A stretch of DNA of 64,000 nucleotides from an uncultured Planctomycetia bacterium (GCA_964606485.1 CAZSGP010000004.1:17030-81029), one strand, 5' to 3'. Positions 49,575-59,928 are shown, counted from the stretch's first letter. Made by a program: numbers and translations. The notes: generated by a model from the letters alone, not told the origin.

Positions 49575-50336
49575 TTATAACTTCGTCAAGATTAATAAAT
49601 CTTTTTCTTTTAAGGAGCCTAGTGCTCGGTCAAAGGTAAGCGCTACTAAATTCTGATCAACCATTTCAACCTTCGCACCTCCAACGTGTCCATCCTCAGT
49701 AAGGATATCAAGTGATTCACGCGCATTTAGTTTTAACTTCTGCAAGGTTTCCACGACAACAAAATTATACTCATAATTAATCGTTAAAACTCTGGCCTTT
49801 ACCGAATTTTTTCCTTTGGCTTCAAATACAATCTTAGGTTTTGGAAGAGGTGCTGGCTCTGCTTTTGCCTGTGACACCGCAATCGCACCCAGATCAACCC
49901 GCGCGCGTTCCTGGGCCAAATCTTTGGAAAGCTTTGAGAGAGTGCGCTTCATGCTTTTGGCTCTTAGCACCACTTTTTGAGAAAGGTTATTTTTTTCCTC
50001 ATGAAGTGATTCAAACTGCTTCATAGACTGTGCCAATTGATTTTTCAAATCTTCTAATTGTTTTTGAGTCTTTTCAAGTTCCGCTTCGGAAGTTAAAGAG
50101 TTTTTTTGTAGGTTCAGCACAATTTCTTCGAGGGATGTTTTCTCACTTCGAAGCGAGCCGATTTGAGTTTCTAGAGCACTCTGGGCTTGTTGCAAAGCCG
50201 TTAGTTGCTGACCAACAGCAATTTTAGACTTAAGCTCTTTCGAATACAGAAAATAAAAAGCGATGCTGCTTGAAAGAAATAGAACCGCCAAAATCCATGA
50301 GACTAGTTTTTGAATGCGCTCTTGTTGTGGGGTCAC
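49575..50336 (-). CDS. membrane-anchored coiled-coil protein
   Basis: N-terminal TM, a long heptad-rich region, and a C-terminal beta-rich domain. Confidence 0.4.
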   Translation of the reverse strand: MTPQQERIQKLVSWILAVLFLSSSIAFYFLYSKELKSKIAVGQQLTALQQAQSALETQIGSLRSEKTSLEEIVLNLQKNSLTSEAELEKTQKQLEDLKNQLAQSMKQFESLHEEKNNLSQKVVLRAKSMKRTLSKLSKDLAQERARVDLGAIAVSQAKAEPAPLPKPKIVFEAKGKNSVKARVLTINYEYNFVVVETLQKLKLNARESLDILTEDGHVGGAKVEMVDQNLVALTFDRALGSLKEKDLLILTKL

Positions 50337-50364
50337 GGCGTTATTGTATCACAGTAACAATTCA

Positions 50365-50769
50365 CTAGTTGGTGTCCACAATCCCTGTGGAATCAATGGT
50401 GCGAAGTCCAAACCGCGGACTTGCGACGTTGGTGTCTTGAGCGCTAATGTCCACTGAGACGTCAGCGCCAGGAAACATAGCCGTCTGCGCCACATCATTG
50501 TCCACATCTAAAAAGTACGGCGGCGGATCGTACGTTGGGACGGTGAAGGTTCCACCGAACACGTCTTGGTCATTGCGGATTCTCCAAAAAGCATCCACCA
50601 CTCCTGCTTGCGCAAAATAATACGACTGAGTTCGCTCAGTCGTGACCTTATTCGTCACTCTTTTTTGATTGTAGGAAGACATAATGGCCGCCGCAAGCAT
50701 CGCTGAGATGATTAACGCCGTCATTAAAACTAAAGTGAGTGCAATTCCGCGCTCATTGTGTAATTTCAT
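50365..50769 (-). CDS. PilX/GspK-like minor pseudopilin
   Basis: RGIALTLVLM...AAAIMS PilX_N-like hydrophobic N-terminus. Confidence 0.5.
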   Translation of the reverse strand: MKLHNERGIALTLVLMTALIISAMLAAAIMSSYNQKRVTNKVTTERTQSYYFAQAGVVDAFWRIRNDQDVFGGTFTVPTYDPPPYFLDVDNDVAQTAMFPGADVSVDISAQDTNVASPRFGLRTIDSTGIVDTN

Positions 50770-50779
50770 AGAATCCTTT

Positions 50780-51367
50780 TTAAGCGGCCATAGAGCGAAG
50801 CATCACTTCCGTGTGAAGTGATTCATTGGCTCCCACCCACCCTGCCCACGGCCTTTGAGAGCCCCCATTTGCCATCAGGTTGATATGCACAATATTAGCA
50901 GTTGTCGCATCAATCGCAAAAAAAGAGGAGGTCGCACCCATCACAATCATTAAACTCGGCGACACTTCGGTGTCTGCTGCGCCAACGTCTCCGGCTTGTG
51001 CTGCGTCCGTGCGCGTGCGAAGCGTGTTGTTCAGAAACCGGTATTTCAGCCACTGAAAATTATTATCGTTTGCATCGGTCGGAGTTGTATCGATTTGGAC
51101 TTTGATTTGGCACCCCGCGTACGTTCCAACTCCCGGCGTGACCTCAATTGCTACAGCACGACCCGAAATCATTTGCCGCTCCATCGTTTCCATTGCGAGG
51201 GCTGCCTCAAGCCGGTATTGCCGAGCGGACGCATCTTTTGTAAATCGCTGAGCGGAAATATAAACCGATGAAATACCCATGTAAATAACGCCGAGAAGCA
51301 CCGAGGCAATTAAAAGCTCCATCAGCGTAAATCCGTTTGAATTTTTTTTCTTAACTTGGCCCGTCAT
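50780..51367 (-). CDS. prepilin-type minor pseudopilin (GspJ/PilW-like)
   Basis: GFTLMELLIASVLLG class III signal peptide. Confidence 0.55.
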   Translation of the reverse strand: MTGQVKKKNSNGFTLMELLIASVLLGVIYMGISSVYISAQRFTKDASARQYRLEAALAMETMERQMISGRAVAIEVTPGVGTYAGCQIKVQIDTTPTDANDNNFQWLKYRFLNNTLRTRTDAAQAGDVGAADTEVSPSLMIVMGATSSFFAIDATTANIVHINLMANGGSQRPWAGWVGANESLHTEVMLRSMAA

Positions 51368-51713
51368 ACACCACTCGTACCTTCCGGTAGTCCTTTCCCG
51401 GTACGGTCGACACCGTCGTCGTCCGGTTATACTGAACACCCCCTTGGGTCACAACAGCGGTTGAGGTGGAAGGGACACTTAAAGGAAAATTGGGCTGATC
51501 CCATTGGGAACCGCGCACAGACTGATTGAGTTGTTCCACATAAGCGCGGCTTAGATTAGTAGAAACGGATTTTCCGGGTCTATTTAAAGAGTTGATCGAT
51601 GCAAAAGCTCGGAGCATTACCGCCACCACCAACGCCAGTGTGACCGCCGCCACCATCACTTCGACTAACGTGAACCCTGAAATGCGGTTAGTTTTAAAAA
51701 TTCCGCAGCGCAT
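51351..51713 (-). CDS. prepilin-type minor pseudopilin (GspI/PilV-like)
   Basis: GFTLVEVMVAAV prepilin N-terminus. Confidence 0.55.
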   Translation of the reverse strand: MRCGIFKTNRISGFTLVEVMVAAVTLALVVAVMLRAFASINSLNRPGKSVSTNLSRAYVEQLNQSVRGSQWDQPNFPLSVPSTSTAVVTQGGVQYNRTTTVSTVPGKDYRKVRVVYDGPS

Positions 51714-52139
51714 TTAACATCCCGGCCGGGTGTTCGTGGGTACATGTGGGCTTGTTCCTCCGAAGCAACCGAGCTGATTCATTGTAATCGTAGAGGCTCC
51801 ATCCCCTCCCGCGTTTGTGCCGCGAGTCGCCGTCGCAGTAAAGGTATTTGCTCCTCCGGCGATATTTAGCGTGTAAAAATTATTTTCGAGATCCGTCCCT
51901 AGACTTGTGTTAATGGTCGCAAGTGTCCCTTGTGCGCCCGTACTAGGGTAATAGGTGTTGTTATCCAGCAAGAAGGCTCTCTCTGCGACATAAATCATAT
52001 TCAGGTTGATAGCGGCTTCGTTGGCGCGAGAGCGTTCGACAGAGGTCTGATAACTCGGTATCCCAATACCAGCCAACACTCCCAGAATAATCAGCACAAT
52101 GACTATTTCCATGAGCGTAAAACCTTTTATGTTCTTCAT
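51714..52139 (-). CDS. prepilin-type pseudopilin (GspH-like)
   Basis: KGFTLMEIVIVLIILGVLA prepilin N-terminus. Confidence 0.6.
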   Translation of the reverse strand: MKNIKGFTLMEIVIVLIILGVLAGIGIPSYQTSVERSRANEAAINLNMIYVAERAFLLDNNTYYPSTGAQGTLATINTSLGTDLENNFYTLNIAGGANTFTATATRGTNAGGDGASTITMNQLGCFGGTSPHVPTNTRPGC

Positions 52140-52171
52140 ATAAACCTCTTTTCGTCTCCTAAGCGCTTATC

Positions 52172-52224
52172 AAAAAACAAGGGGCTGTCCTAAATTATGC
52201 GTCAGCATTGTCTCGGACAGCCCC
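52172..52224 (-). terminator. stem-loop plus T-run after the major pilin gene
   Basis: Stem ggggctgtcc / ggacagcccc with a 24-nt loop, followed on the minus strand by ttgttttttga. Confidence 0.5.
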
Positions 52225-52261
52225 ATCCACATCGCAAAAGTAATTTGCGAATATGTTTTGA

Positions 52262-52663
52262 TTACTGAATAGTATTCGTCCTGTTTCCTGCATGGTCGAC
52301 TGTGGCCGTGCCAGAACCAAATGTCGCCTTTGGCGTAGCCGTAATTGTAAACGTCTGAGCACCAATCGTCAGCGAATAATCGAAATGTTGAACTTGCCCG
52401 CCCGTTGTACTATTTGGGTTAAAATCTATATTCAATGTCGTAGCCCCAGTGTAAGTGTTATTTCCTTGATCCATGTAATATCGAATTAGAGACTGACGGG
52501 TGGCGGCTAAAGTAGCCATAGCCTCTGCGCTACGTGATCGGTTGACGTTGGACTGATAAGCCGGGATTGCAAGACCAGCCAACACTCCAAGAATAACAAG
52601 CACAATCAAGACTTCCATAAGGGTGAAACCCTTTGAACCCAACTTTTTTCTGCGCATCATCAT
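52262..52663 (-). CDS. major pseudopilin / type IV pilin (GspG/PilA-like)
   Basis: KGFTLMEVLIVLVILGVLAGLAIPAYQ, the canonical type IVa pilin N-terminus. Confidence 0.7.
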   Translation of the reverse strand: MMMRRKKLGSKGFTLMEVLIVLVILGVLAGLAIPAYQSNVNRSRSAEAMATLAATRQSLIRYYMDQGNNTYTGATTLNIDFNPNSTTGGQVQHFDYSLTIGAQTFTITATPKATFGSGTATVDHAGNRTNTIQ

Positions 52664-52809
52664 TTCCCTATCCCTCCCTGTTCGTTAATGGACTATTGCA
52701 TTTTTAGCATAATTCTTTACATACCTTGTAAAAACTATATAAAGAACTAAAAATCTAACTGATACAATAATGCCATACGAATCTTAAAAAATCAAGTCAA
52801 AATTAACAA

Positions 52810-54021
52810 TTATTTAACAATCTTACCAAGATTAAATATGGGTAGGAACATGGAAACAACGATGATACCAATCGTCGCCCCCACGAATAGAAGGATGATC
52901 GGCTCAATAAGGACGTTAATACGCCCAATAAATACATTTACTCGGGCCTCATAGTACTCACCCAGCTTATAGAGCATCTCCTCAAGCTTGCCGGATTCTT
53001 CACCAATTTGAATCATTTGGATGAACTGAGACGTGAAAAGAGGACTTTTTCCAAAGGCCTCGGAGGCCATCTTCCCCTCTTTGATCTCGGTTTTAATTTC
53101 TTCCAAGGCTTCTTGGTAAAGACTATTTCCAGCAAGGCGCGAAACAATTTCAAGGCTTTTAATAAAATCGACTCCGCTTTTAATCAGAACCGACATATTT
53201 ACCGCAATGCGCGTCAGCACAATGTCGCGCACCAGTTCTTTTAAAACCGGCACATTCAATAAAAATACGTCTAGCGTGCGTTTTCCTTTGGCAGTCTTTA
53301 GAAAGCGGACGAGCAAATAAATCGATGTCCCAATACTGATCGATAGAATCCAAAAATAATGAATGAGGCAATTACTGATCTTCACCATCACCATCGTTAA
53401 AAACGGAAGATCCGCTTTGAAGCTATTAAAAAGATTGGCGAAAATGGGGATCACTTTAAGCATGAAAAATAAAATAGCTCCAATGGCCACACTCATCAAA
53501 ATGCTGGGGTACATCATGGCCGACACCACTTTCTTTTTCAGGCCTTCAATCATTTCCAAGTAGCGCCCAAGCTCATTGAGCACTCCGGGTAAGTGGCCGC
53601 TCACTTCGCCCGCTTCGACGATGTAAATCCACACGTCCGGAAATACTTTTGGGTGTTTAGCCACTGCTTTTGAAAACGTAAGTCCGCCCTCAATGTCCTG
53701 ACGAATATCCCGAACCGCCTGAAGCAAAGCCTGGCTTTGAACTTGTTCAGTAAGGAGTTCGAGTGCCCGGATAATTTTGACACCCGCATTTAGCAGTACA
53801 GCGAGTTCATGACAAAACGCCGATAAGTCTTCGCCTTTTACTTTTTTGCGGCGCAATTTTTTTTGAGCTTGAGTAGCGGCGGGGCCGGACCGGTTAATCT
53901 TAACGGGGAAAAAATTGCGGGATTGAAGATTGCGAATTACCGAGGCTTCATCGGGCGCCTCAAGATTCCCACTCACCATCGAACCATTCATGTCGCGGGC
54001 AGTGTACTTATAAAGAGCCAT
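52810..54021 (-). CDS. type II secretion / type IV pilus platform protein (GspF/PilC family)
   Basis: Duplicated GspF domains with 3 TM helices. Confidence 0.85.
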   Translation of the reverse strand: MALYKYTARDMNGSMVSGNLEAPDEASVIRNLQSRNFFPVKINRSGPAATQAQKKLRRKKVKGEDLSAFCHELAVLLNAGVKIIRALELLTEQVQSQALLQAVRDIRQDIEGGLTFSKAVAKHPKVFPDVWIYIVEAGEVSGHLPGVLNELGRYLEMIEGLKKKVVSAMMYPSILMSVAIGAILFFMLKVIPIFANLFNSFKADLPFLTMVMVKISNCLIHYFWILSISIGTSIYLLVRFLKTAKGKRTLDVFLLNVPVLKELVRDIVLTRIAVNMSVLIKSGVDFIKSLEIVSRLAGNSLYQEALEEIKTEIKEGKMASEAFGKSPLFTSQFIQMIQIGEESGKLEEMLYKLGEYYEARVNVFIGRINVLIEPIILLFVGATIGIIVVSMFLPIFNLGKIVK

Positions 54022-54023
54022 GC

Positions 54024-55745
54024 TTAAACGCCTATAGTGAGATTGTGAACTTCTTCAATCGTCGTTTCGCCGTTGATCACCTTTTCGAAGCCGCTCATCT
54101 GCAGGGTTCGCATTCCGGTTTTTCGAGCGGCTTCGCGCAAGACCGATATGCTCGCGCGTTGGTTGATGAGCTGTTCTAAAGATTCGTGCATCACTAAAAT
54201 TTCATGAATAGCGAGTCGTCCGCGAAATCCTGATTTTCCGCATTTCTCGCAACCCACCGCCCGATAAATCTGGCCCTTAAAATCCTGCAAATAAGGAGGC
54301 AGCTGAGCGAGATCCGGCGTGTAGGGTTCTTTGCATTCTTTGCAAAGTCTGCGAATCAAGCGCTGAGCAATCACCATGAGAAGCGAGGCGTTGAGATAAA
54401 AAGGTTCAATGCCGATGTCGATTAAACGCGTGATAGAGGAAGGCGCATCATTGGTGTGAAGCGTGCTAAACACCAAATGCCCGGTGAGCGACGCGCGTAT
54501 ACAAATCTGTGCGGTTTCAAGATCGCGCGTTTCACCAACGAGAATCACGTCCGGGTCTTGACGTAAAAAGGCTCTGAGTGCCATCGCGAAGGTGAGACCG
54601 ATTTCCGGACGTGCTTGGACTTGGTTAATTCCTTTCATCTGGTATTCGACCGGATCCTCGACGGTCATAATATTTTTAGCACCGTCTTTTAGTTCATTGA
54701 GTGCTGCGTAAAGCGTTGTGGTTTTTCCGCTTCCCGTCGGGCCCGTCATTAAAATAAGGCCGTAGGGCTTGCGGATCACGGCTCGGAACACGTCGAGGTC
54801 CGCTTGAGAAAATCCGAGACCTTTTAAATCAAGCGGGACAGAGGATTTATCCAAAATACGAATAACCACTTTTTCTCCAAAAATCGTAGGCACGGTGGAA
54901 ACGCGGAAATCGACAAGCTTCCCCAGATCCATCAATGCTTTGAAATTTCCGTCTTGCGGCAAACGTTTTTCGGAAATGTCCAAACCGCTTAAAATTTTAA
55001 TGCGAGACACGAGTGGCACCGCCATGGACTTCGCGGGAGGCGGCATTTCATGCAAGATTCCGTCAATGCGGTAACGAACGTTCACGCCATCATCATAAGG
55101 CTCGATGTGAATATCACTCGCGCGCATCTTGATGGCTTGTTTTAAAAGCAGATCCGCCATTTGAATAACCGGTGCCATTTCGGCGGCCTTCACCAAGTGA
55201 TCCATTGTCGTTTGGTCTTGGCCTATAGCTTCGAGAGATATTTGAACGCGTTCTTCCTCGCTGTGGGATTTTTCAATCGCCTTGCGAAGCATTCCGCCTT
55301 CGCCGTAGAGCGCATCAATAGTGGCGTTGATGTCAGACGTCGTTGCGGTCACGCGCTCGACCGATTGACAACCGGACATCAGTCTTAAATCATCTAAAAT
55401 TAAAATATCCGTCGGGTCCGCGACAGCTACTTTTAAAATACCGTTCTGAAAAGACAAGGGAACGATGTAGTGCTGTCTGGCAAATTCTTCGGAGATGAGC
55501 TTTGCGAGGGACGGATCTTTGGAGGTCTCAAGTCCTTGACCAATCGCAACAAAAGGAATGCCGAGTTGTTGACTTAATGTCGCCGCGATCTGCTTTTCGG
55601 TAACAGCGCCCATCCGGATAAGCAAGGTGCCAAGCGGCTCTTTGGATCCTTTTTTCTGAAGTTCAAGCGCTTTTTGGAGCTGCTCTTTGGTGATCAGCTT
55701 GGCATCGATTAAAATATCGCCAAGAAGCTTGCGGCGTTCGGCCAT
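54024..55745 (-). CDS. type II/IV secretion ATPase (GspE/PilB family)
   Basis: N1 domain, Walker A GPTGSGKTT, Asp and His boxes, tetracysteine CKEC...CEKC. Confidence 0.9.
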   Translation of the reverse strand: MAERRKLLGDILIDAKLITKEQLQKALELQKKGSKEPLGTLLIRMGAVTEKQIAATLSQQLGIPFVAIGQGLETSKDPSLAKLISEEFARQHYIVPLSFQNGILKVAVADPTDILILDDLRLMSGCQSVERVTATTSDINATIDALYGEGGMLRKAIEKSHSEEERVQISLEAIGQDQTTMDHLVKAAEMAPVIQMADLLLKQAIKMRASDIHIEPYDDGVNVRYRIDGILHEMPPPAKSMAVPLVSRIKILSGLDISEKRLPQDGNFKALMDLGKLVDFRVSTVPTIFGEKVVIRILDKSSVPLDLKGLGFSQADLDVFRAVIRKPYGLILMTGPTGSGKTTTLYAALNELKDGAKNIMTVEDPVEYQMKGINQVQARPEIGLTFAMALRAFLRQDPDVILVGETRDLETAQICIRASLTGHLVFSTLHTNDAPSSITRLIDIGIEPFYLNASLLMVIAQRLIRRLCKECKEPYTPDLAQLPPYLQDFKGQIYRAVGCEKCGKSGFRGRLAIHEILVMHESLEQLINQRASISVLREAARKTGMRTLQMSGFEKVINGETTIEEVHNLTIGV

Positions 55746-57373
55746 TATTTTTTAGATCGCTTGAGGGACTCGAGGGTCTGACGCATTTCTGCTTCTCTAA
55801 AAGAAGGAACCACGTCTCTTTCTCTAAAAAGAGATTTCTGCTTGGCGCTTTTAGCCATCAGTTCTTGGACACCGGTTTGAACCCGCAGGCGGCCCGAGAG
55901 AGACTCCACAGGCTGTTCGCCCTTTAAAATATGGGGCGTCAGAAAAATCATCAGCTCGCGGTCAGTTTGATCATTTGCATCATAACGAAAAGCTTTGCCA
56001 ATCAGCGGCAGATCTCCAAAGATAGGAAGTTTTTTTTCGCTTTTCGTCGCGTCGGTGTCGATGAGACCTCCGATCACCAGCGTTTCATTGTCTTGCACCC
56101 GAACCGTGGTTCGGATCGAGCGAGTCGTAGGATCTAAAAAGGTGGTTGGGAAAAAAGTTGATGCGGATGCGGTCGTAACAGCGGGTTCAATAAAAAGTTC
56201 TATCGAACTGTCTTCGTTAATTTGGGGCGTCATTCTTAAAATAATTCCGGTGTCCACGCGCTCGGCTACGTCACTGGTGGTGGCGCCTAGCGCTCCTCCC
56301 GACGACGAGGAAGTGCTGGTGTTGGCAATAGAAGTTTTTGTAACCAGGCGAATGATGGCCGCCTCATTGTTCATCGCAAGTACTCTTGGGCGAGCCAAGA
56401 TCTTGGTGTCGGTCAACTGAGTTAGGTAGTGCAAGGTTGCCGTGAGATTGGCCGCGCTGATGGTTCCGAGCGTCATGCTGGGAGTCACTTCTGCGGAATG
56501 ATCGTTAATCGTGGCAACCGTCGCCGTCGTTAGACTGTTTACTCTGGGATCCGACTTGAAACCCCGGTAAAGACTTTTATTAAACGGAAACGTGGTCGAG
56601 TGTGTTCCGCCGGTGATGGACCCGAGCGCCCCATTTGCTCCACCGTACTCCATGCCAATATCTTCATTGACCGAGGCGCGCACTTCCAGGATATGAACAT
56701 CCAACATCACTTGTTTGGCCGGCACGTCAATGTTCTTTAAAATCTCTTCAATAATCGATAAATTTTCGGGAAGATCGGCGACGATTAAACTATTGGTCCT
56801 GAGATCAACCGTAAGTTTGCCTTGTGAGGAGAGAAATTGGGATGCAATTTCGTCGATTCCGCGCCGCTTGGAGGAAGTAGTGCCGGTGGTAGTAGTGACG
56901 GCGCCTGTACCCGCCGCCGTAGAAAGCTCGCTAATGACCCCGTCTCCGCCCACACCCAGGGCAGAACCGGACAACCGAGTAAATTTCATTGGAAAAACTT
57001 TTGTTTGAACGGTGGTGACCACCGCAGCCTGAATGGGGTAAACCACGACGATGTCGCTTCCGGGTGCTCGCTCGTACCGCAGGGAATTAGCCTGCACAAT
57101 GTTGGCGAGCGCATCTTCCACCGTCACGTTGTTAAAATACATCGTCACTTTTTGGGACTGCACGGATTGGCTGGCAATAAAATTAAGTCCGGATTGCTGA
57201 GAGAAAATTTTGAGAACGTCTTTTAAATCCGCCTCTTTAAAATCCATGGAAATTTTAATGTCACTTGGAAGATTCAAAGTGGATTTGGAATCAGCGAATC
57301 CCGGGCATATTTGAAGGCAAAAGAGCACCAAAACTACTGCAGAGAGAGAGGGGCGAAAGATTTTAAAATTCAT
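55745..57373 (-). CDS. secretin (GspD/PilQ family)
   Basis: N domains, a Thr/Ser-rich linker and a C-terminal secretin domain (LVIGGLI...LPIFGDLPLIGKAF). Confidence 0.8.
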   Translation of the reverse strand: MNFKIFRPSLSAVVLVLFCLQICPGFADSKSTLNLPSDIKISMDFKEADLKDVLKIFSQQSGLNFIASQSVQSQKVTMYFNNVTVEDALANIVQANSLRYERAPGSDIVVVYPIQAAVVTTVQTKVFPMKFTRLSGSALGVGGDGVISELSTAAGTGAVTTTTGTTSSKRRGIDEIASQFLSSQGKLTVDLRTNSLIVADLPENLSIIEEILKNIDVPAKQVMLDVHILEVRASVNEDIGMEYGGANGALGSITGGTHSTTFPFNKSLYRGFKSDPRVNSLTTATVATINDHSAEVTPSMTLGTISAANLTATLHYLTQLTDTKILARPRVLAMNNEAAIIRLVTKTSIANTSTSSSSGGALGATTSDVAERVDTGIILRMTPQINEDSSIELFIEPAVTTASASTFFPTTFLDPTTRSIRTTVRVQDNETLVIGGLIDTDATKSEKKLPIFGDLPLIGKAFRYDANDQTDRELMIFLTPHILKGEQPVESLSGRLRVQTGVQELMAKSAKQKSLFRERDVVPSFREAEMRQTLESLKRSKK

Positions 57374-57798
57374 AAGGAATTTAGAGTGCCGTGTGTAGGG
57401 TTATACTGCGTCGAAGTATCTTGAGTCGAATCGCTTTTTTCCATCACGATTCGAAACTCCTGTCCTTGAGCAGTTAATGTCACACCGTCGCGGTCGATCA
57501 ATTTAATTTGTGCTCCTAAGATGGAGTCGCCGATATCCAAGATTTGACCGTTTAAAAGAACTTGCGGTCTTTTTAAACTCCACAAAATGCCTTGAAGCTT
57601 GTACTGACTTTTATCGAAATGCACCTGCGAAACTAATTGTTTATTCGAAGTTACCGGAGCTTTTTTTTCAACGAGGCTCTTAAACGGGTCCCGAAAACCT
57701 TCACCCTTATACTCGACGGCACTGACTTTCAAATCAGCGCCAAGCGTCATCGCCGTAAGTAACGCTCCAGTCAAAAATAAGCCTCTCAAGCTCCTCAT
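57370..57798 (-). CDS. PilP/GspC-like periplasmic protein
   Basis: Signal peptide and a small beta-domain, immediately upstream of the secretin gene. Confidence 0.35.
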   Translation of the reverse strand: MRSLRGLFLTGALLTAMTLGADLKVSAVEYKGEGFRDPFKSLVEKKAPVTSNKQLVSQVHFDKSQYKLQGILWSLKRPQVLLNGQILDIGDSILGAQIKLIDRDGVTLTAQGQEFRIVMEKSDSTQDTSTQYNPTHGTLNSL

Positions 57799-57842
57799 AA
57801 CTTAGCACATCTTTCTATATATTTTCAAAAAAACTAAGCATT

Positions 57843-58397
57843 TCATTGCAGCTCTGTCAGAATCCTGTAGGCGTTCACCCGGATAAACACATGAGGCTTG
57901 AAATTCTCGCCCATCTGCCCGGGAGCCCTGTCTTTATCGTTGGTTACATTCATTTCGCCAATTTTTAAAAATTTTTCATAACTTTCAATTTTAGAAATAA
58001 ATCGCCCAAGTTCGTGAAACGTACAGTCACTTTCGATTAGCAGCGAGTATTGGATTGTCGTGTCTTGTTTTTCGGCTTCGATCGGCGTGACTGAGGACAG
58101 TGTCATGCCTGATTGCTGGGCAATCTGATTAATGGTCTGAATCAGTGTGGCATTGCTCTCCGCATCCATAAAACGCTCTGATTTTTTTTTGAGCGTTGTT
58201 TGCTGCGTTAAAACCATTTGGGCGGCATCTTTTCGTTGGACCTCTTGAACTGATTTCTTCGTTAACATTTTTTTCTCGGTCAAAACAGGCTTAAGAATAA
58301 ACATTCCTGACAGCAGCACCGTTGCAACCACTGCGATTGCTGCGAGCAGCTTGGGTTCTGCCAAGACCGTTTCGATAATTTTATCCTGCCTGTTCAT
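57843..58397 (-). CDS. PilO/GspM-like inner-membrane protein
   Basis: N-terminal TM, coiled coil and a ferredoxin-like C-terminal region. Confidence 0.5.
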   Translation of the reverse strand: MNRQDKIIETVLAEPKLLAAIAVVATVLLSGMFILKPVLTEKKMLTKKSVQEVQRKDAAQMVLTQQTTLKKKSERFMDAESNATLIQTINQIAQQSGMTLSSVTPIEAEKQDTTIQYSLLIESDCTFHELGRFISKIESYEKFLKIGEMNVTNDKDRAPGQMGENFKPHVFIRVNAYRILTELQ

Positions 58398-59928
58398 TGA
58401 CCTTTTTCCGGCATGTTATTGAAAAATGGGACACGTCCGCGTCGCCAAACGATTCCTTTTGAATATTCACAATTTTGATCTCTCCAAGCCCATTCATAAA
58501 CGTTTTATTTTTAGAAAGTCCGGAAACAAAGGCGTTAATAGTTTCAAGTGCCGGCGCTTGTTCGGTGGGCATTACATTACCTTCTATTTCGATGATACGT
58601 TCGGGCTTTCCTATTTTGGGCGCGCTCTCCATAAACTTGAGTTTTGTCAGCCACATTCCCTGGGGAAGAGACTGGGCAATTTCATTCATTTTCTCGGTAA
58701 TCAGCATCCGCTCACTTTCTAATTTTCCAATAGTCGCAAGTGCTTCGCTGTAACGCGCTTGTTGCGCGGTTAAATCTTCAATAGTGGCGGACGCGTTGAC
58801 TCCAAGCGCCTGCGTTTCCGCGGTGATATTTTTCACTTTTTTTTCTATATCTCTCACTGGCTGTGAAAGAAGCATGTAAACGCCGGCCATAACCGCGAGG
58901 GTGGCTCCGACGGATGTCGCAACAATGCGGATTAAATTTTTCCGTTGGGCGTCCTCGATAACCACGCCGGAAGAACTCTTAGACTGAGTGAGTGTCTGCG
59001 GTAAAAGATTGATCACGTCCGTATGGGTGAAACTCAAATTCCCTAATGCAGCACCGGCAGCACAGAAAAATTCAGGGTCGCGCAGCGTATTGAGATTCAT
59101 CGATCGGTACATATGGGGGTCTTCTGCCGGAGCTCCTGTTTCCTGGGTCGTAATTTTTTTAAACTTCTCACCGCTAGCCAAATCGCAAAAAACAATCCGC
59201 TCTATTTTGTGTCCTTTGAAGAACCTGAAAAAGTAATCTAGGCAAAGCCTCAATTCCGAAAGATAGATCTCTTCGACTTTTGCCGCGTCTTCACCGGGAG
59301 CAATGGGTAAATTGGCAAATCTAGATATCACCGCTACGTGATTTTGTGCGACGACAAGATTCAACTCTCCCATCTGATCCTCATGAACAATGAGATAATA
59401 TCCGCTCGAAGATTTGCGTCCGATCGAGCAAAGCCGGGCTAAACTCACCGCGAGCGGCTCCGCGGAATTTACTTTTAAACCGCGCTCCGTAAAATAAAGA
59501 AGCCATGAACTGAGAATATCCTGCTTGGCACCAAAAAACGCGATTTGAACTTTTTTGGTTTCTTTGTTGGGAAGGGTCTGAAAACCGGATTCTAGTTCCT
59601 GAATCGCAAAGGGGGTGTGTTTTCTGGCTTCAAATCGGACGGCCGTTTCGAGTTCTTTTCCCTTAAAAACCGCCGGTAAATCAAAAATTTTTAAGAATGT
59701 TTGGTCACCTTTTAGAGAAACCATAATTGGTTTTTCAAGAGCGCCCAGCTTGGTCACTGCTTCGAGTACCAAAGAGGAGGGCGGCTTTACAAAACCGGCT
59801 GCAGCGTCAGACGCTTTCACAGAGGCAGAGCTGACAATTTTAATTTTATCGAAATCGCGGCGCACCAAAACGGCAAAGGCGCCGAACTTGGTAAGATACA
59901 CTCCGACATTTTGTTTCGATAAAAACAA
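58381..59928 (-). CDS. PilM-PilN fusion (GspL-like) assembly protein
   Basis: Actin-like PilM fold N-terminal region (~330 aa), a TM helix (IVATSVGATLAVMAGVYMLL), then a PilN-like coiled-coil periplasmic region. Confidence 0.55.
   Translation of the reverse strand: MFLSKQNVGVYLTKFGAFAVLVRRDFDKIKIVSSASVKASDAAAGFVKPPSSLVLEAVTKLGALEKPIMVSLKGDQTFLKIFDLPAVFKGKELETAVRFEARKHTPFAIQELESGFQTLPNKETKKVQIAFFGAKQDILSSWLLYFTERGLKVNSAEPLAVSLARLCSIGRKSSSGYYLIVHEDQMGELNLVVAQNHVAVISRFANLPIAPGEDAAKVEEIYLSELRLCLDYFFRFFKGHKIERIVFCDLASGEKFKKITTQETGAPAEDPHMYRSMNLNTLRDPEFFCAAGAALGNLSFTHTDVINLLPQTLTQSKSSSGVVIEDAQRKNLIRIVATSVGATLAVMAGVYMLLSQPVRDIEKKVKNITAETQALGVNASATIEDLTAQQARYSEALATIGKLESERMLITEKMNEIAQSLPQGMWLTKLKFMESAPKIGKPERIIEIEGNVMPTEQAPALETINAFVSGLSKNKTFMNGLGEIKIVNIQKESFGDADVSHFSITCRKKVNEQAG

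Noticed and set aside
52664-52809. Possible sigma-54 promoter upstream of the major pilin gene
   Set aside because: The region was searched for a GG-N10-GC (-24/-12) element. Only a poor match (tggcattattgtatc) with incorrect spacing was found, so this is left as an unassigned AT-rich intergenic region.
55995-57226. Plus-strand ORFs antisense to the secretin gene (141, 97 and 129 aa)
   Set aside because: They overlap a well-supported secretin CDS on the opposite strand and are Ser/Thr/Val-rich, mirroring the secretin's Thr-rich linker.
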